In this document: piece by piece, positions 52,726-64,000 of the stretch
Layout of the letters: each line of letters starts with the position of its first letter
Numbering within the stretch: the first letter of the stretch is position 1
From: Kudoa neothunni
Lineage: Eukaryota > Animalia > Cnidaria
Reading direction: 5' to 3'
DNA: 64,000 bases
Assembly (NCBI GenBank): GCA_964304625.1
Contig: OZ199839.1
Span: 8,790,221-8,854,220, forward strand
The notes under the pieces: generated by a model
The model's database searches: none
What the model was told of the DNA's origin: nothing
The model's input: only the letters and a program-made list of their open reading frames with translations
Made by a program: the position numbers and the translations under genes

Positions 52726-55047
52726 TTGATTATTCCCTACTTTACTTACTAAAACTGACCATCTATTCATGTATTTGGAATATTATTACTGAATATTTCT
52801 ACATGAAGCTTTAATTCAAATTATTCCCATAAATTAATTTAAATATATTTATAAATGAAAATACTATATTGAGTTATTTTTAACTAACTAAAGATTTGCA
52901 ACATTGCCCGAGATTAAGAATATTTCGGGTTGAAAATTTTATCAATCTTAAAAAATTTTAATTATTAATTAACTCATAAACTTAATCAAACTAAAATTAC
53001 CATAAATTATTATAATTGTTGTGATTAGTTAAATTAAAATAAAATCAATTTTAGGAAATTTAATAACGGAAAAAATTGGATAAAAATCTAGTTGGTATTT
53101 ATCATAATCATGTAAAAATTGCATTTTGTATTTAAAATGCACTGGAAGTTTATTTTGTATCTGATATGTGAACAATCTACTATATATTAAAAGTTATTAT
53201 GTCTGTCAATGGGTGTGTGTGTGTTTGCAGCAGTACGCACGTGCCATGGAGGAACTTTTTTAAATACAGTTTTTAGTTTTCATTTGAATAGATGATACCA
53301 TTTAAAAAAATATTTTGTTTACGTATAATTACAAATATAATTAATACCGCAGTCAAAAGTAAGGAATTTCTGGTTTTCAACTCAAATAGCAGATTAAAAA
53401 TTATCTGAATAATATTGATGCTTGTTTACATAGGAGTGATAGTCACTTAAAGTGAACTTTCACTCATTATATACAACAAGAATCTGCTGATTATAGTGTA
53501 GAGTGTTATATATGTCGTTTAGCGTAATTTTAAGACAGCCAACGTCATTAGAACCATGTTTACCAGAAATGTTTCATTCTTTTAAAGTTTATGGCATAAT
53601 CAAATTATTTACGATGTAAGTTCATTTTAAAAGCGTTATGGATATATTTGAGCGAAAAAAATTTTGATCACTCTAAATAAAACACATAATTCGAGATTAT
53701 AAATTGTTGCCATCAAGGAATAATTTGGTGGTTCTATAAGCATTCAAAAAACGATGTAAGCTTTGTGTAGAGTTTGCAAAAGATTAAAATTTTCTGATAA
53801 TTTCTTAAATGAAAATTATACTCCATCGAAATTCCAGAGATTGAAATTATATTTATGTTTTCGATAAGTTTTTACTCATTTTTTGGTTTTCCTAGGCCAT
53901 CTTGCAAAATGCCTAGCATTACCAATTCAATAATTTTCTATATTTTTAAGATAATTTTTGCGTAATGTTTAAGCTCGCATAAACCTGATTATTTCCTATC
54001 TTCAGACTTTAACGTTAATATTAAAGTGAATATAAAGTTTTCTTTAGGCCAAAAATAGTACCTGAAAATATGGCATACCTCATTCCATTGGTAAATGAAG
54101 GATTTATATCCAAGATTACTCCTGATAAAATACAATCCATTCACATTACGTACTACGTTAGTTAATACGAAATTATTTGTTTATTTGATCTAGTCGATCT
54201 AGTCGATATTTTTACAAAGTTCTTGTTAATCTGAAAATAATTAAGAAAAAAATCATTCCAATAATATCAAATAGTACGTTTATTTTTAAAAAAGAGCCAT
54301 CCGAAGAGAAAAAAAATAGATATTTAAATATTACTGTAATGTTTCCAACCAAAAACACCTTAACATTTTAGATTTAAGCATATTTTATAAATTAAATTAT
54401 ATTATTTTAAATAATTAATAATTTTTAGAAGGGAGGTTTTATGTATATAAAAATCGAAAAATAATGTTAAAAGAATGAATGTATAATTTTCCGCTCATAA
54501 ATTATTAAAATCTGATTAACAACCTACATAAAACTGAGAGATAGGAGTAAAAGTTAATATTTTTATTTCACACGCATTTTAGATTGATTTTATGTTTATT
54601 TCTTATCATTTGTAGATTAGTAATAGGTTTTAGGACTAGAAGAATTAATTTTTCTCACCAAATTTGAAAGAACTGAAAGTCCTATTTTAAATTACTTAAT
54701 GGCATTTTTAATAAGTAAATAAATATTAACCGTTAATTAAATTTCTCATAAAATTATAATCCTTGTATTATTGATCAATAATTTGTATTATAAACTTGAA
54801 AATATTCATTAATTTTCTCTCAACACCTGTATTTACATTTACTGAAAAGTACACGTATACTTTGGTGTATCTAAATCATTACATTGTAAAAATAATGCCA
54901 AGTTATACAATGCACAAATAAAAATGGAGTCATAAACTTCACAGAGTTCAACGTGCCAATTAAATTAACTTTATCTTGGAATTTCCACATTCAACAATAA
55001 GATTAAAATTTAAAATTTTCCACCACACAGTACACAGTACCACAGTA

Positions 55048-55075
55048 CCTGGCAAAGCTGGGCATTAGCGCTAGT
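55048..55075 (+). mobile_element. Helitron-type 3' terminus
   Basis: Imperfect GC hairpin CCTGGC-AAA-GCTGGG followed 8 nt later by CTAG|T. The 5' end was not located. Confidence 0.5.
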
Positions 55076-55926
55076 GGCTTGATATAGTCAATACGCTTAC
55101 ACCAATCAATCGTGTGCATGCGACCAAATGCGATGTCAACTTTCCATTTTCCAACTATAAATACCTAAATATATTTATTAAAGAATCTTTTAATAAGATA
55201 TACAATAGATTGAGTTTTACTTTATATATTTGTGTATTGCCTGAAGTAGATACATTATATAATTAGAAATAGTTACAATAATGATGTATTAGATAATACA
55301 TATTAAAATCCTTATATAGTTACAGTAGGCAATTGATTTTGCACAATCCCTCTCAACCTTGAAAAAAGTGTGCAAAATCGATATTTAACGTGATTTTGAG
55401 TATTTATTTTGAATCATATACAGTCAATTATTGGAATCATAATTACCGTTAAGTTGAATATTTTTGTTTATATAAACATTCGAAATATTTAGAGTTCTAA
55501 TCAAATAAAACCACAATAACTGTACAAAATCGATTACCAACCAATTGTATAACTTTTTTCAATTAGATGCATGTCCATTTTAAACAATGAAAACTGTAAT
55601 TTAATAAAAATCTTGTATAGAAAAAATTTAATTTATGCATAAAAATAAGGCCAAGACTATTGGCACGCACGGTAAAATTTAATCCTAAATGGCATTTACG
55701 CGTTCGCAATGGTAATTTTTAATCTCAGCGTCTCATACTTACAAACTGATTACAGTTTTAATGACTTAGAATCTGCCATATGTAATTATTTCTGGTCGTA
55801 AAAACAAAGCGATGGACTGAAATAATTAAATATAGTCAACATTTTTTGGAGATTCGAAAAATGGTGCGCAATAAATGTACATCGCATGCGCACTTGTACA
55901 ACAAAATATTATTTAACTCTTTCTTT

Positions 55927-56885
55927 TTAATCTTCTAAATAAGTCTTCTGAATAAAATCTCCTAAATAATATGGGGTAGATTTCTACCCCAAGTGAATTT
56001 TGTCAACAATATTTAAGTGTATAAATGGAAAATAACTCCTCTCCATCTTTTGTAATCTTTTATCTTTATGAAAAGTTTCAGAAAAATGAATTGAGATTTA
56101 TTTTTGTCATATATCAAAAAAGTTAATATAAAAACACCTTCCGAATAAAATTATTGTAGAAATCTACCCCACATTTTTCTTTCATAAAATTATTAAAAAT
56201 ATCGAGAAATACCATTTTTAAAAATTTATGGGAATTCTATCGAGTAAATAATGAATAAATAACAAAATACTATGCATGATATGGCAGTCCGCATGCGCGA
56301 CATCTACTATATAAGCATGTGGTTCCCTCCAGTATACAACGATAGCTCCTTATTCTTTAAAAAATTTTAAACCAATTATTCAAAATACGATGACTTTTCA
56401 TTGTTTTGCTCATTTCTACATTGTAGAGAGCATCCAAAAACATATGTGGAAACTGTTAATCAATATTCTTAGTTTCGTGTTGTAGAGAACATTAAACAAA
56501 TATATGATATAACTGTCCAACATTTTGACAAGTTTTGTGTTTTTCTACGCAATTTTACACTGCATTGTTTAAAATAAGATAAATTAATTGGTAGTTGTTA
56601 TGAAACTTGAATTAAATGTTAAAACTAAAAAACCGCAGGAATACACCTATAAATACAATGGTACTCCATAGGAAAGTAACAACATTGATGTCCGCGCGTG
56701 CGTACATCAATGTTAACTTTAATAATTGGGCATTTATTCAAAATTTACTCGATGAATTCTCCTCATATTTTGTCGATCAATGCCGAATTTTTTTTGAGGC
56801 AATTTTATCAAATAAAAAAATGGGGTAAATTTCTACCCTATTTTTATTTGGAGGGTGTAAATTTTTCAGCTATTTAGAAGGTTAA
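55927..56885. mobile_element. piggyBac-like non-autonomous element (MITE)
   Basis: TIRs TTAATCTTCTAAATA and TATTTAGAAGGTTAA with TTAA flanks. Subterminal palindromes GGGGTAGATTTCTACCCC and GGGGTAAATTTCTACCC. Confidence 0.75.
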
Positions 56886-57756
56886 AATAATCGTTTATTA
56901 AGTTCATTTTTAATTTTATATAATTTTATATAATTTTTTCTGAAGTTATGTACATAAAAATCTATAATTTCGCTTTTTTAATATTTAAAAAAATACTTTG
57001 TGTTAGTATTTTTTGAATATTTTGGTTCAATGGGATTATCCGTGCTTTTAGCTACCATATCACATTCTAGTTTACTTTCAATATTTAAAGGCTCGTTTGT
57101 TATCTCAGTGTATTCAAATCATTTACTATATCCAATTCATTATGGTTATAATCCAAATTATAATTTCTATGCATATTTCTTGTTCAACTTCGTCCTTATC
57201 ATTACAGCTAATTTCATTGGGAGGTACTCAGATTTTCACTTTCTGCTAAAAAAATCAATTTCGCGATAACCAAAACATTGTCGAAATGACCACTTAGAAT
57301 TCCAGACTTTCTCAAACGTTTTATTATTGTATCAGATGAAATATCTTTATGGACTTTTTTAAATGAAAGCATGCATTCCAACAATGTGTATTCGGAGTCA
57401 TGAGGGCATTTAGAAGGAGATAATAAGTTTACACAAAATATTTCCGTAATAGAATTTGAGACTATGTTTCAAATATCCTTAGGAATAAGATTACAGGAAG
57501 TTACTCCCATAAAATTTCAATTTCTATGGTTATTTCAAAATGAGTGCAATAAACGTAATGGACTGTATAGCCAAAACTAGCGTCACCTGTATATTATTTA
57601 CCGTACCAATAGCCAATAGCCACTCCAACAAAATAAACTGTTGTTTAAATGAAGTTATTTCACATTTTTGAACGCGTATTCTTATGTTATGATTTATCAA
57701 AAATTATTTCAAATTTGTTGGTATATGGATAAAAATCGTCATAGCAATTTAAAATT

Positions 57757-58401
57757 ACAGTCGAACCTCGATTATCCAGAATTTGATTATCCGAGAATCG
57801 CGCTATCCAGAAGATATATTAACTTTTATTCGTATCTTATTGAAATTGTGTGTCGGCAAATATTCGATTATCCGGAATCTTGGTAATCGGAACAGCTATT
57901 TACTCACATTTTCGGATAAAAATACCACAAATCACCACACGACATACACAATGTAGCATATATACCAATGAGATATTTAAAACAAAGAAAAATATTTCTG
58001 GGTCAATTATAAATAAATATTTCTTTTAAACTTAAGTTAAGCATTCAGTTCTTATATATATTCGTCCTACATCTGAATATACGTTTGTATGTACATTGAA
58101 CAAACATTAATTTTCGATTATTTAAAAGATTAACCCTCCGTAGACGTGATTTTCTCCCATAATTATGTATTGTTTTTTCTTGTAAGTCTCCTTATGCTTA
58201 ATTAATAGATATGTCACTATTTTTAATTCGGGTTTCGGAATTTAAGCTATTTTACTTAATGAATAGTAAAAATTGTTTATAAATCAAATAAACAATCCTT
58301 TATGAAGACATTACACAAATGTGCGCTTTGTGATATGCTTTATGATAGATTTACTGGAGCCTCGCTATCCGGATAGGATAATCGGGCGGGGTTCGGTTGA
58401 A
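57757..58401 (+). mobile_element. Tigger/pogo-like MITE
   Basis: Begins TACAGTCGAACCTCGATTATCC, with subterminal TATCC(G/A)G repeats at both ends and the right end GGATAATCGGGCGGGGTTCGGTTGA. A second copy lies at 21830-23264. Confidence 0.7.
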
Positions 58402-59237
58402 TCTTGGAGAAAATTTTCAAAATGGAGCATCATGAAACTGTAGTTTTTTCTCTTGTGTATTTAAAATTTATGTCAACACTGGGCACGAAATGGTTAATAT
58501 TGACGGCTTTTTATCTTTTCATGTAATTGGAGTGGAAATAATTTTCCCGCCAAAAAACAATCCGTTTTATATTTTCTATTTTGTGAGAAGGGTGCACATT
58601 TTAACATGAATCAAGAATCGCGGATTTAAACAAAGATTCCCAGACAATATTTCGATAAATCATTACAAAAAGTGTATTTTCGTTAGTATCCATTGATCGA
58701 ACCAACATTTGTTCCCTGTCATAAGGCCACCCTTTAAATAATAATTTTTAACCCGATTAATTAATGTATATAATTTAATTAATTAATGTATATAATTTAA
58801 TTTAATTAATTAATTAATTTAAGATTCGGTCTTGAAAGTGTTACTAAATTATCAATGCAACACAGTCAAGGAATCTACTAAACGCATATACAAAGGTATA
58901 ATGAAATGAAAACTGATTTTTCTGATATTCAAAATTATTTACCCTAGTTAATTTGCACATAAATTTTGAACTAATAAATTAGTAAACCACAAAACCCCTG
59001 TATGTGCACAACGTGAAATCGTTATTGGAGGGTGGGACTCGTAGGTTACTGGATTTTCCACTCTTCAAACTCGTTTGTAGAAATGAATAATAATAATAAA
59101 TAATATTTATTTGTTCTATTCATTTTAAATAAACATAAATAAACATGAATAAATATAAAAGTTTAAATGTTTTGAGAGCTAAAATAATTTTTATTTTCAG
59201 GGATTATTCACTTCTACCAAAATCCAACATGCTGCAA

Positions 59238-59247
59238 CGCATGCGCA
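59238..59247. promoter_or_regulatory. NRF1-like CGCATGCGCA motif just upstream of MRPL19
   Basis: Lies ~15 bp before the ATG at 59262 and matches most of the YGCGCAYGCGCR consensus. Confidence 0.4.
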
Positions 59248-59261
59248 GATTTTAAATTGAA

Positions 59262-60297
59262 ATGTCCAGCGAAAATGCTATTCAACTACCTCGATATCTA
59301 AGTAACGATACAATCTATTGGGTTGTGTATTTTAACGAATGTATATTCTATCGATAGAAATGAAAATCAGCCACAAAACTCTTAACTACGTATAAAGGGA
59401 AAATTTAATTATTAAATAATAATTATTTCAATAGGCAATTCAACCATGGCGATTCAGGAATTATCAAGCTAAAAACTACGGGAAAAGTGAAGTACCAGTG
59501 CCATCTGTCCGAGTAAGGAATCCACGGTATCATCCAACCCTTATTCCTGATACATTACAACCAATGTATGGTCTCTATTTTTTAATCCAATTGGCTCACA
59601 ACGAGATAACTTGTTCGCGTTAGAAACTTATACAAAGATCTACCTGAAATAAAAAAAATGTCCGCGGATATGACCCATAAAACTAGTCACTTAGAACTTT
59701 TATATCTACTCGAACAAATGGATATAAATCGTAGAACAAGTCGCATAAATATTCCTAGCTTTTGTGTTGGTAGTGTGGTCAAAGTTGTGTATCATATGCA
59801 GTCGTCAAAGAGTGAATACGAATCGTAGTTTTTTCCCCAAAACTTCGTCTTATTTATCTTGTTTTTTTGTGCACCATAGATTCACTGGATTATGCATCAA
59901 GAGGTCACCACGAATCAACAGTTTGGGTCACACTTTCACCCTTATGAATGCATACAACAATGCAATCAATGTGAGAATGACTTTTTATACATACGACGTG
60001 AAAATTAAGTCGATCCAGGTGTTGAGACACACCTGGATGACTCATGATCAAATTGTTGCTCTCCGACAATTGCCTCCCAAATACAACAACCATTCTCTAA
60101 TCGAACCGGTGCCCTACACCGATAAACCCGTAAAGTTCCAGTTCTCTCCGCAAGACGAGCAAGTTATCAGGAGGTATTTGGAAGATAGAATTGTGGGTAT
60201 TACTATGCGCGAACGCCCAAAAGAAAGAAACTACAGGGCTGCCACCAATGATACCTCCTTCACTCACCCTAAGCCTCATTGGATTAATCTGAAATGA
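59262..60297 (+). CDS. MRPL19: Mitochondrial large-subunit ribosomal protein bL19m, five exons
   Basis: Spliced LEQMDINRRTSRINIPSFCVGSVVKV...|FTGLCIKRS...LGHTFTLMN...FYTYDVKIKSIQVLR...LRQLPPKY matches the remembered MRPL19 pattern ([25 protein letters not shown]...[21 protein letters not shown]...IQVVK). Confidence 0.88.
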
Positions 60298-60523
60298 TGT
60301 TCTAACATTCTCAAACTGTTACTTATATAATGGATAGATGTTTTTTTATTTTTTACTATCTATTTTTGTTAATAATTTTTTTTATAATTTAAGATAATTT
60401 TTAATTGGAATTAAAATTTTCATTATTATTAATGTTATTTTACACTAATTAAGTCGCCTTTATATGGTTCAATTAATTATTGAAAAATTCGATCAGAAGG
60501 AATTAATATTTAACGGTTTAATA

Positions 60524-61439
60524 CAGGGGTCTCCAAACTTTTGCTTTCTTCGATCCCTTTCAAAGATTTTATTAAAAATATTGGAGTATATTCATTTCTT
60601 CGAGTAGAAAAATTTAAAATATATACAATCTATCCCATTAATATTCTATTCCCGATACATAATACAATGCGAAATTATATTAACCCCCAAAAAAGCTTGT
60701 ATTAACGACCTAACATCAAAATATATTAGAAAAAAATTTGATATTTGTAGATTTACCACGATGAGTCTATTTTTCATCATATATCATATTCAACTGACTT
60801 ACCAAGTTAGTTCGGTTGTATATGATTATAGTTACATACTTTCGCACATATACATAGAAAAGTTAATATTTATTCATAGTTGCCTCTAAAAGTTAATAAG
60901 AATGCCTTAATCTGTACCCTAAGATTAAGTTCCTTAGCTTGAGGACGCTTGAAGAATTTTGGTGGTGTCCGCAGGGTTTCAAACGACACTTTCAGATTAT
61001 TGGATTTATTTTCCTAGCTTTTGTAATTACGATTCAAATCAATTTTAAAAATTAGACTTTTCCCTCTTAGACGATTATAAACTTATATAAACTATCGTTG
61101 TTGTTTTATAAAATGCCAATAACAATGAGTACTGATGATCAGTATTATTTAAGAAAATTAAAGCTACTGTATTCACTAATTTTTATGAGCTACAAAGTAC
61201 CTCTAGATAAATGAAAAACATTGAATTACATAACTAGGAAAGATGGAGTTTGATTTTAACTTAAAAATAAAAAACAAGTGTCACGGGGTAGTATTAATTA
61301 ATATAATTAAATATGTAATATGGAGTAGGAAGATGGGAAGATGGGAAGCTTTACCTTAAAAGCCCATAAAACTCAGTGGAATTTCCATAACACGTATCAA
61401 CTTCCTAGAAGTTCCCATCGACAATTTTGGAGACCCCTG
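60524..61439. mobile_element. Non-autonomous hAT element (MITE)
   Basis: Perfect 14-bp TIRs CAGGGGTCTCCAAA and TTTGGAGACCCCTG. 8-bp TSD GTTTAATA / GTTTAGTA. Confidence 0.9.
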
Positions 61440-62899
61440 GTTTAGTACAATAAGTGTATATATATATATATATATATGCAGTCGAACTTGTATATTGCAT
61501 AATTTCACAAGTTCTTTGAAATATTAAGGATATTTTAAATTTTTTACTCAAACATAGCTTTTATATTATTTAAATTAATGCTAATTGAACAAGCGATGAT
61601 AAAAAGTTTTTATTAGAGAAGTATAAATTTAAGTTAATGTACTATAACTAAAATCTCGCTATTGCGTAACATTTTATTCAGTTTAATTCTCAATCAACCT
61701 TCTTTTTTAATTCTGCGAAAGAAAAATGATAAGGAATCAGAAAACAGTAGCCGAATAAATTGAAATATTCGAATAATATTATTCGATTGAATCACTCAAA
61801 GGAGAAAAAGGAATGACTTTTAAACTTCCCAAGTCAACTAATAATATAAAATTAACTAATTCCAATATAATATATTTGCTAAGCATTCCATTATTAATTG
61901 AATTTAAGCTTCTCAAAATGATATTATTAATTCTATTATTTCGGCTTGAAAAAAGAAGAAAAGTACATGGAGTTAGTTAATTTATTTTATACATGAATAA
62001 TTCAAATGCGAAATGAAAAAAAGGTTGTTCCTGCTTATTTAACTGTTGAAAAAGACAAATAGTATCGCTAAATCCATAGGTATTGACAAATTTAACGGTA
62101 GTAGTAGTAGTAGTAATAACGGTTAGTTCGTATAATTTAAAAATAGGTTTGGAATTAATTTTTAAAAAATTTCATTACGATATGAAGAGTACAACGTAAT
62201 AAATGTGGATAATTCAAATTTAATTAAGTATATCATTTTAAATTATTAAAACTTGAAATCATGCATGGAAAAACGTATCTTCGACTACAATTCCAAACTG
62301 ATTTAGATAATCTAGGCTTTTTGAACGTTGTATTCTGATACTACAATATACGAAATTAAAGATTAATTAATAGATAATCAAAATTTATTTCAAGATTTTT
62401 CTGAAAATAGTGTTGAAAATTTCGTCACATTATTTAATTGTTTATCTACTTTAATTTTTAGATAAAAATATGACGAAACCAACATTATTAAAGAAAAGGG
62501 AAAAATACATGAGGAATCAATAGTTTTACCTGGAGCGTATGCAGTTGATAAATTTCAAGAAAATTTCAATATTTCACGTAAATTCCAAAATATAGTAATA
62601 AATTAAGAATAATTTAAATATAACAAAGGTAGTTTTTATATTTGCGTTTATTTCTTTCAGATAGAAGATATTTTAACTAAACAGATGTAATTTATGATTA
62701 CATATACACATACAGGTTTTCCGTGAATAATAAATTGACATCTAAAACAAATTCTAATATTTATTCTTAATTCACATAAATTCATAGCCAAAACGAATTA
62801 TTTCTTTTTCTTTTTGACTCCAATAATTGTTATATGTCTACCTTTTGGTCAACAAATGGATTTTATTTTTAAATCTTAAAGAAAATTATCAAAATTAAA

Positions 62900-64000
62900 A
62901 TTTATTTATTACATTTCAATTGGGGTTGCTCCATTATTACTGTTGATCTGTCTTGATTACTGAATTTCTGTTCTTGAATATTGTACTCACTATTTGAATG
63001 AGTTCTTGATATCGTATGTGGCGAATTTTCAATTAATTCATTTGTTGATTCCTAATATGGTTAAAATGCAATTTAATTAGAAAACAATTACTATTTCGTC
63101 TGTTCCAATAGTTCCCCAACTAAATAAAATTAAGAAGTATGATAATGATCGATAATTGTGTTATCGTGGTTTTTACTATCCTTTATAACAGATTTATTTA
63201 TCTTATCGATTTATCAAGAAAGTCAACACAATATTCTGATGTTGTATTAGCCAACTTTGTTGTAAACATTTTCGCATATTTCAACTTTTTAGCGAAACTT
63301 TTTATTTTAATCTGCTTTATTTATCAATAATAGTAGAAGTTTGTTTGTCCGTTGCTATCTTCTGTTATTGGACTTGTTTTTAAAAATTTCATTCCATATG
63401 AATTTGTCCATCTTTCATGACAAAAATCTTCGGAGTAAAGAGGTAACTTTTTCATTGATCTACATATAACACATGACAGCATGGCGATGAGATTGATCGA
63501 TAAAATAAGCATGAACATGTCGATGGACTTGTAGTTCCATTAAAGCTTGTCAATACGTTATCGTCATTTAATAATGAGATTTGATCTTTCAACTTATTGC
63601 AGGCGTATTATGTCAAGTGTTTTTTGTAAAGGGAGGTACATTCTACATTAAATGTTTCATATGAAACATAATACATTTGACTTATTGTTATAACCTCCCT
63701 TTCTGTTCGAACGATGTTCAAAATTTTGAGCAAGTTACAAATAAAATCACTCAAAGTACCAAATTTGTGAAAAACGCTTTCAATTTTCGAATTAACTGCT
63801 TCAATTTGATTATTTGTATCAATGTCATAAAAGTTTTTTGCATCACTGAGACCGATAACTCACTCACTGTAAAGTGATTCCCAATTCCTTTGAGAATATT
63901 TTCTCAATTTAACGTTGTTAAATGAATGAACTTGATCTGCATAACTTATATTCAATGTAATCATTACAATGAATCATTTTCTGCAAGCATGTTAAAACTT
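62900..64000 (-). pseudogene. Possible decayed multi-exon gene of unknown family running off the window end
   Basis: Exon-like open stretches with GT/AG boundaries but in-frame stops (e.g. SLYSE*VIGLSDAKNFYDID..., KKHLT*YACNKL). No recognised motif. Confidence 0.3.

Noticed and set aside
57230-57470. ~80-codon open frame on the minus strand
   Set aside because: Bounded by stops, with no recognisable motif or linked exons.
58755-58822. Short AT-rich tandem duplication, plus (AAT)n and (AT)n microsatellites elsewhere
   Set aside because: Ordinary slippage repeats in an AT-rich genome.
63324-63518. 64-aa secreted peptide or toxin
   Set aside because: The apparent signal peptide coincides with a plausible GT...TAG intron of a larger decayed gene. 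It cannot be supported without expression data.
1-64000. Prokaryotic operons, CRISPR arrays or defence systems
   Set aside because: Genes are spliceosomal-intron-containing eukaryotic genes, and no regularly spaced repeat-spacer array was seen.
1-64000. Alternative genetic code (stop reassignment) to explain the fragmented ORFs
   Set aside because: Breaks in intact genes are explained by GT-AG mini-introns, and TAA, TAG and TGA are each used as terminal stops.

Overview
AT-rich eukaryotic nuclear DNA, not prokaryotic. Genes are split by many very short (~35-60 nt) GT-AG introns, so the ORF track shows only exon fragments; the gene models below were spliced by hand and their boundaries are approximate. 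Three divergent housekeeping genes are present: THOC6, TUBGCP3 and MRPL19. There are also seven genes for predicted secreted hydrolases or hydrolase relics: three LCAT/PLA2G15-like lipases (one lacking the catalytic Ser and frameshifted), three very divergent CD39/NTPDase (apyrase)-like genes lacking the catalytic motifs, and an M1 aminopeptidase. Intergenic DNA is filled with decayed DNA transposons (pogo/Tigger, piggyBac, MULE, hAT, a Helitron 3' end) and two copies of a tRNA-derived SINE. Tiny introns plus fast-evolving animal-like proteins suggest a compact animal parasite genome, possibly myxozoan (inference only). The best candidate for an undescribed system is the family of secreted, apparently catalytically dead apyrase-like proteins clustered with secreted lipases and a peptidase at ~36-53 kb.
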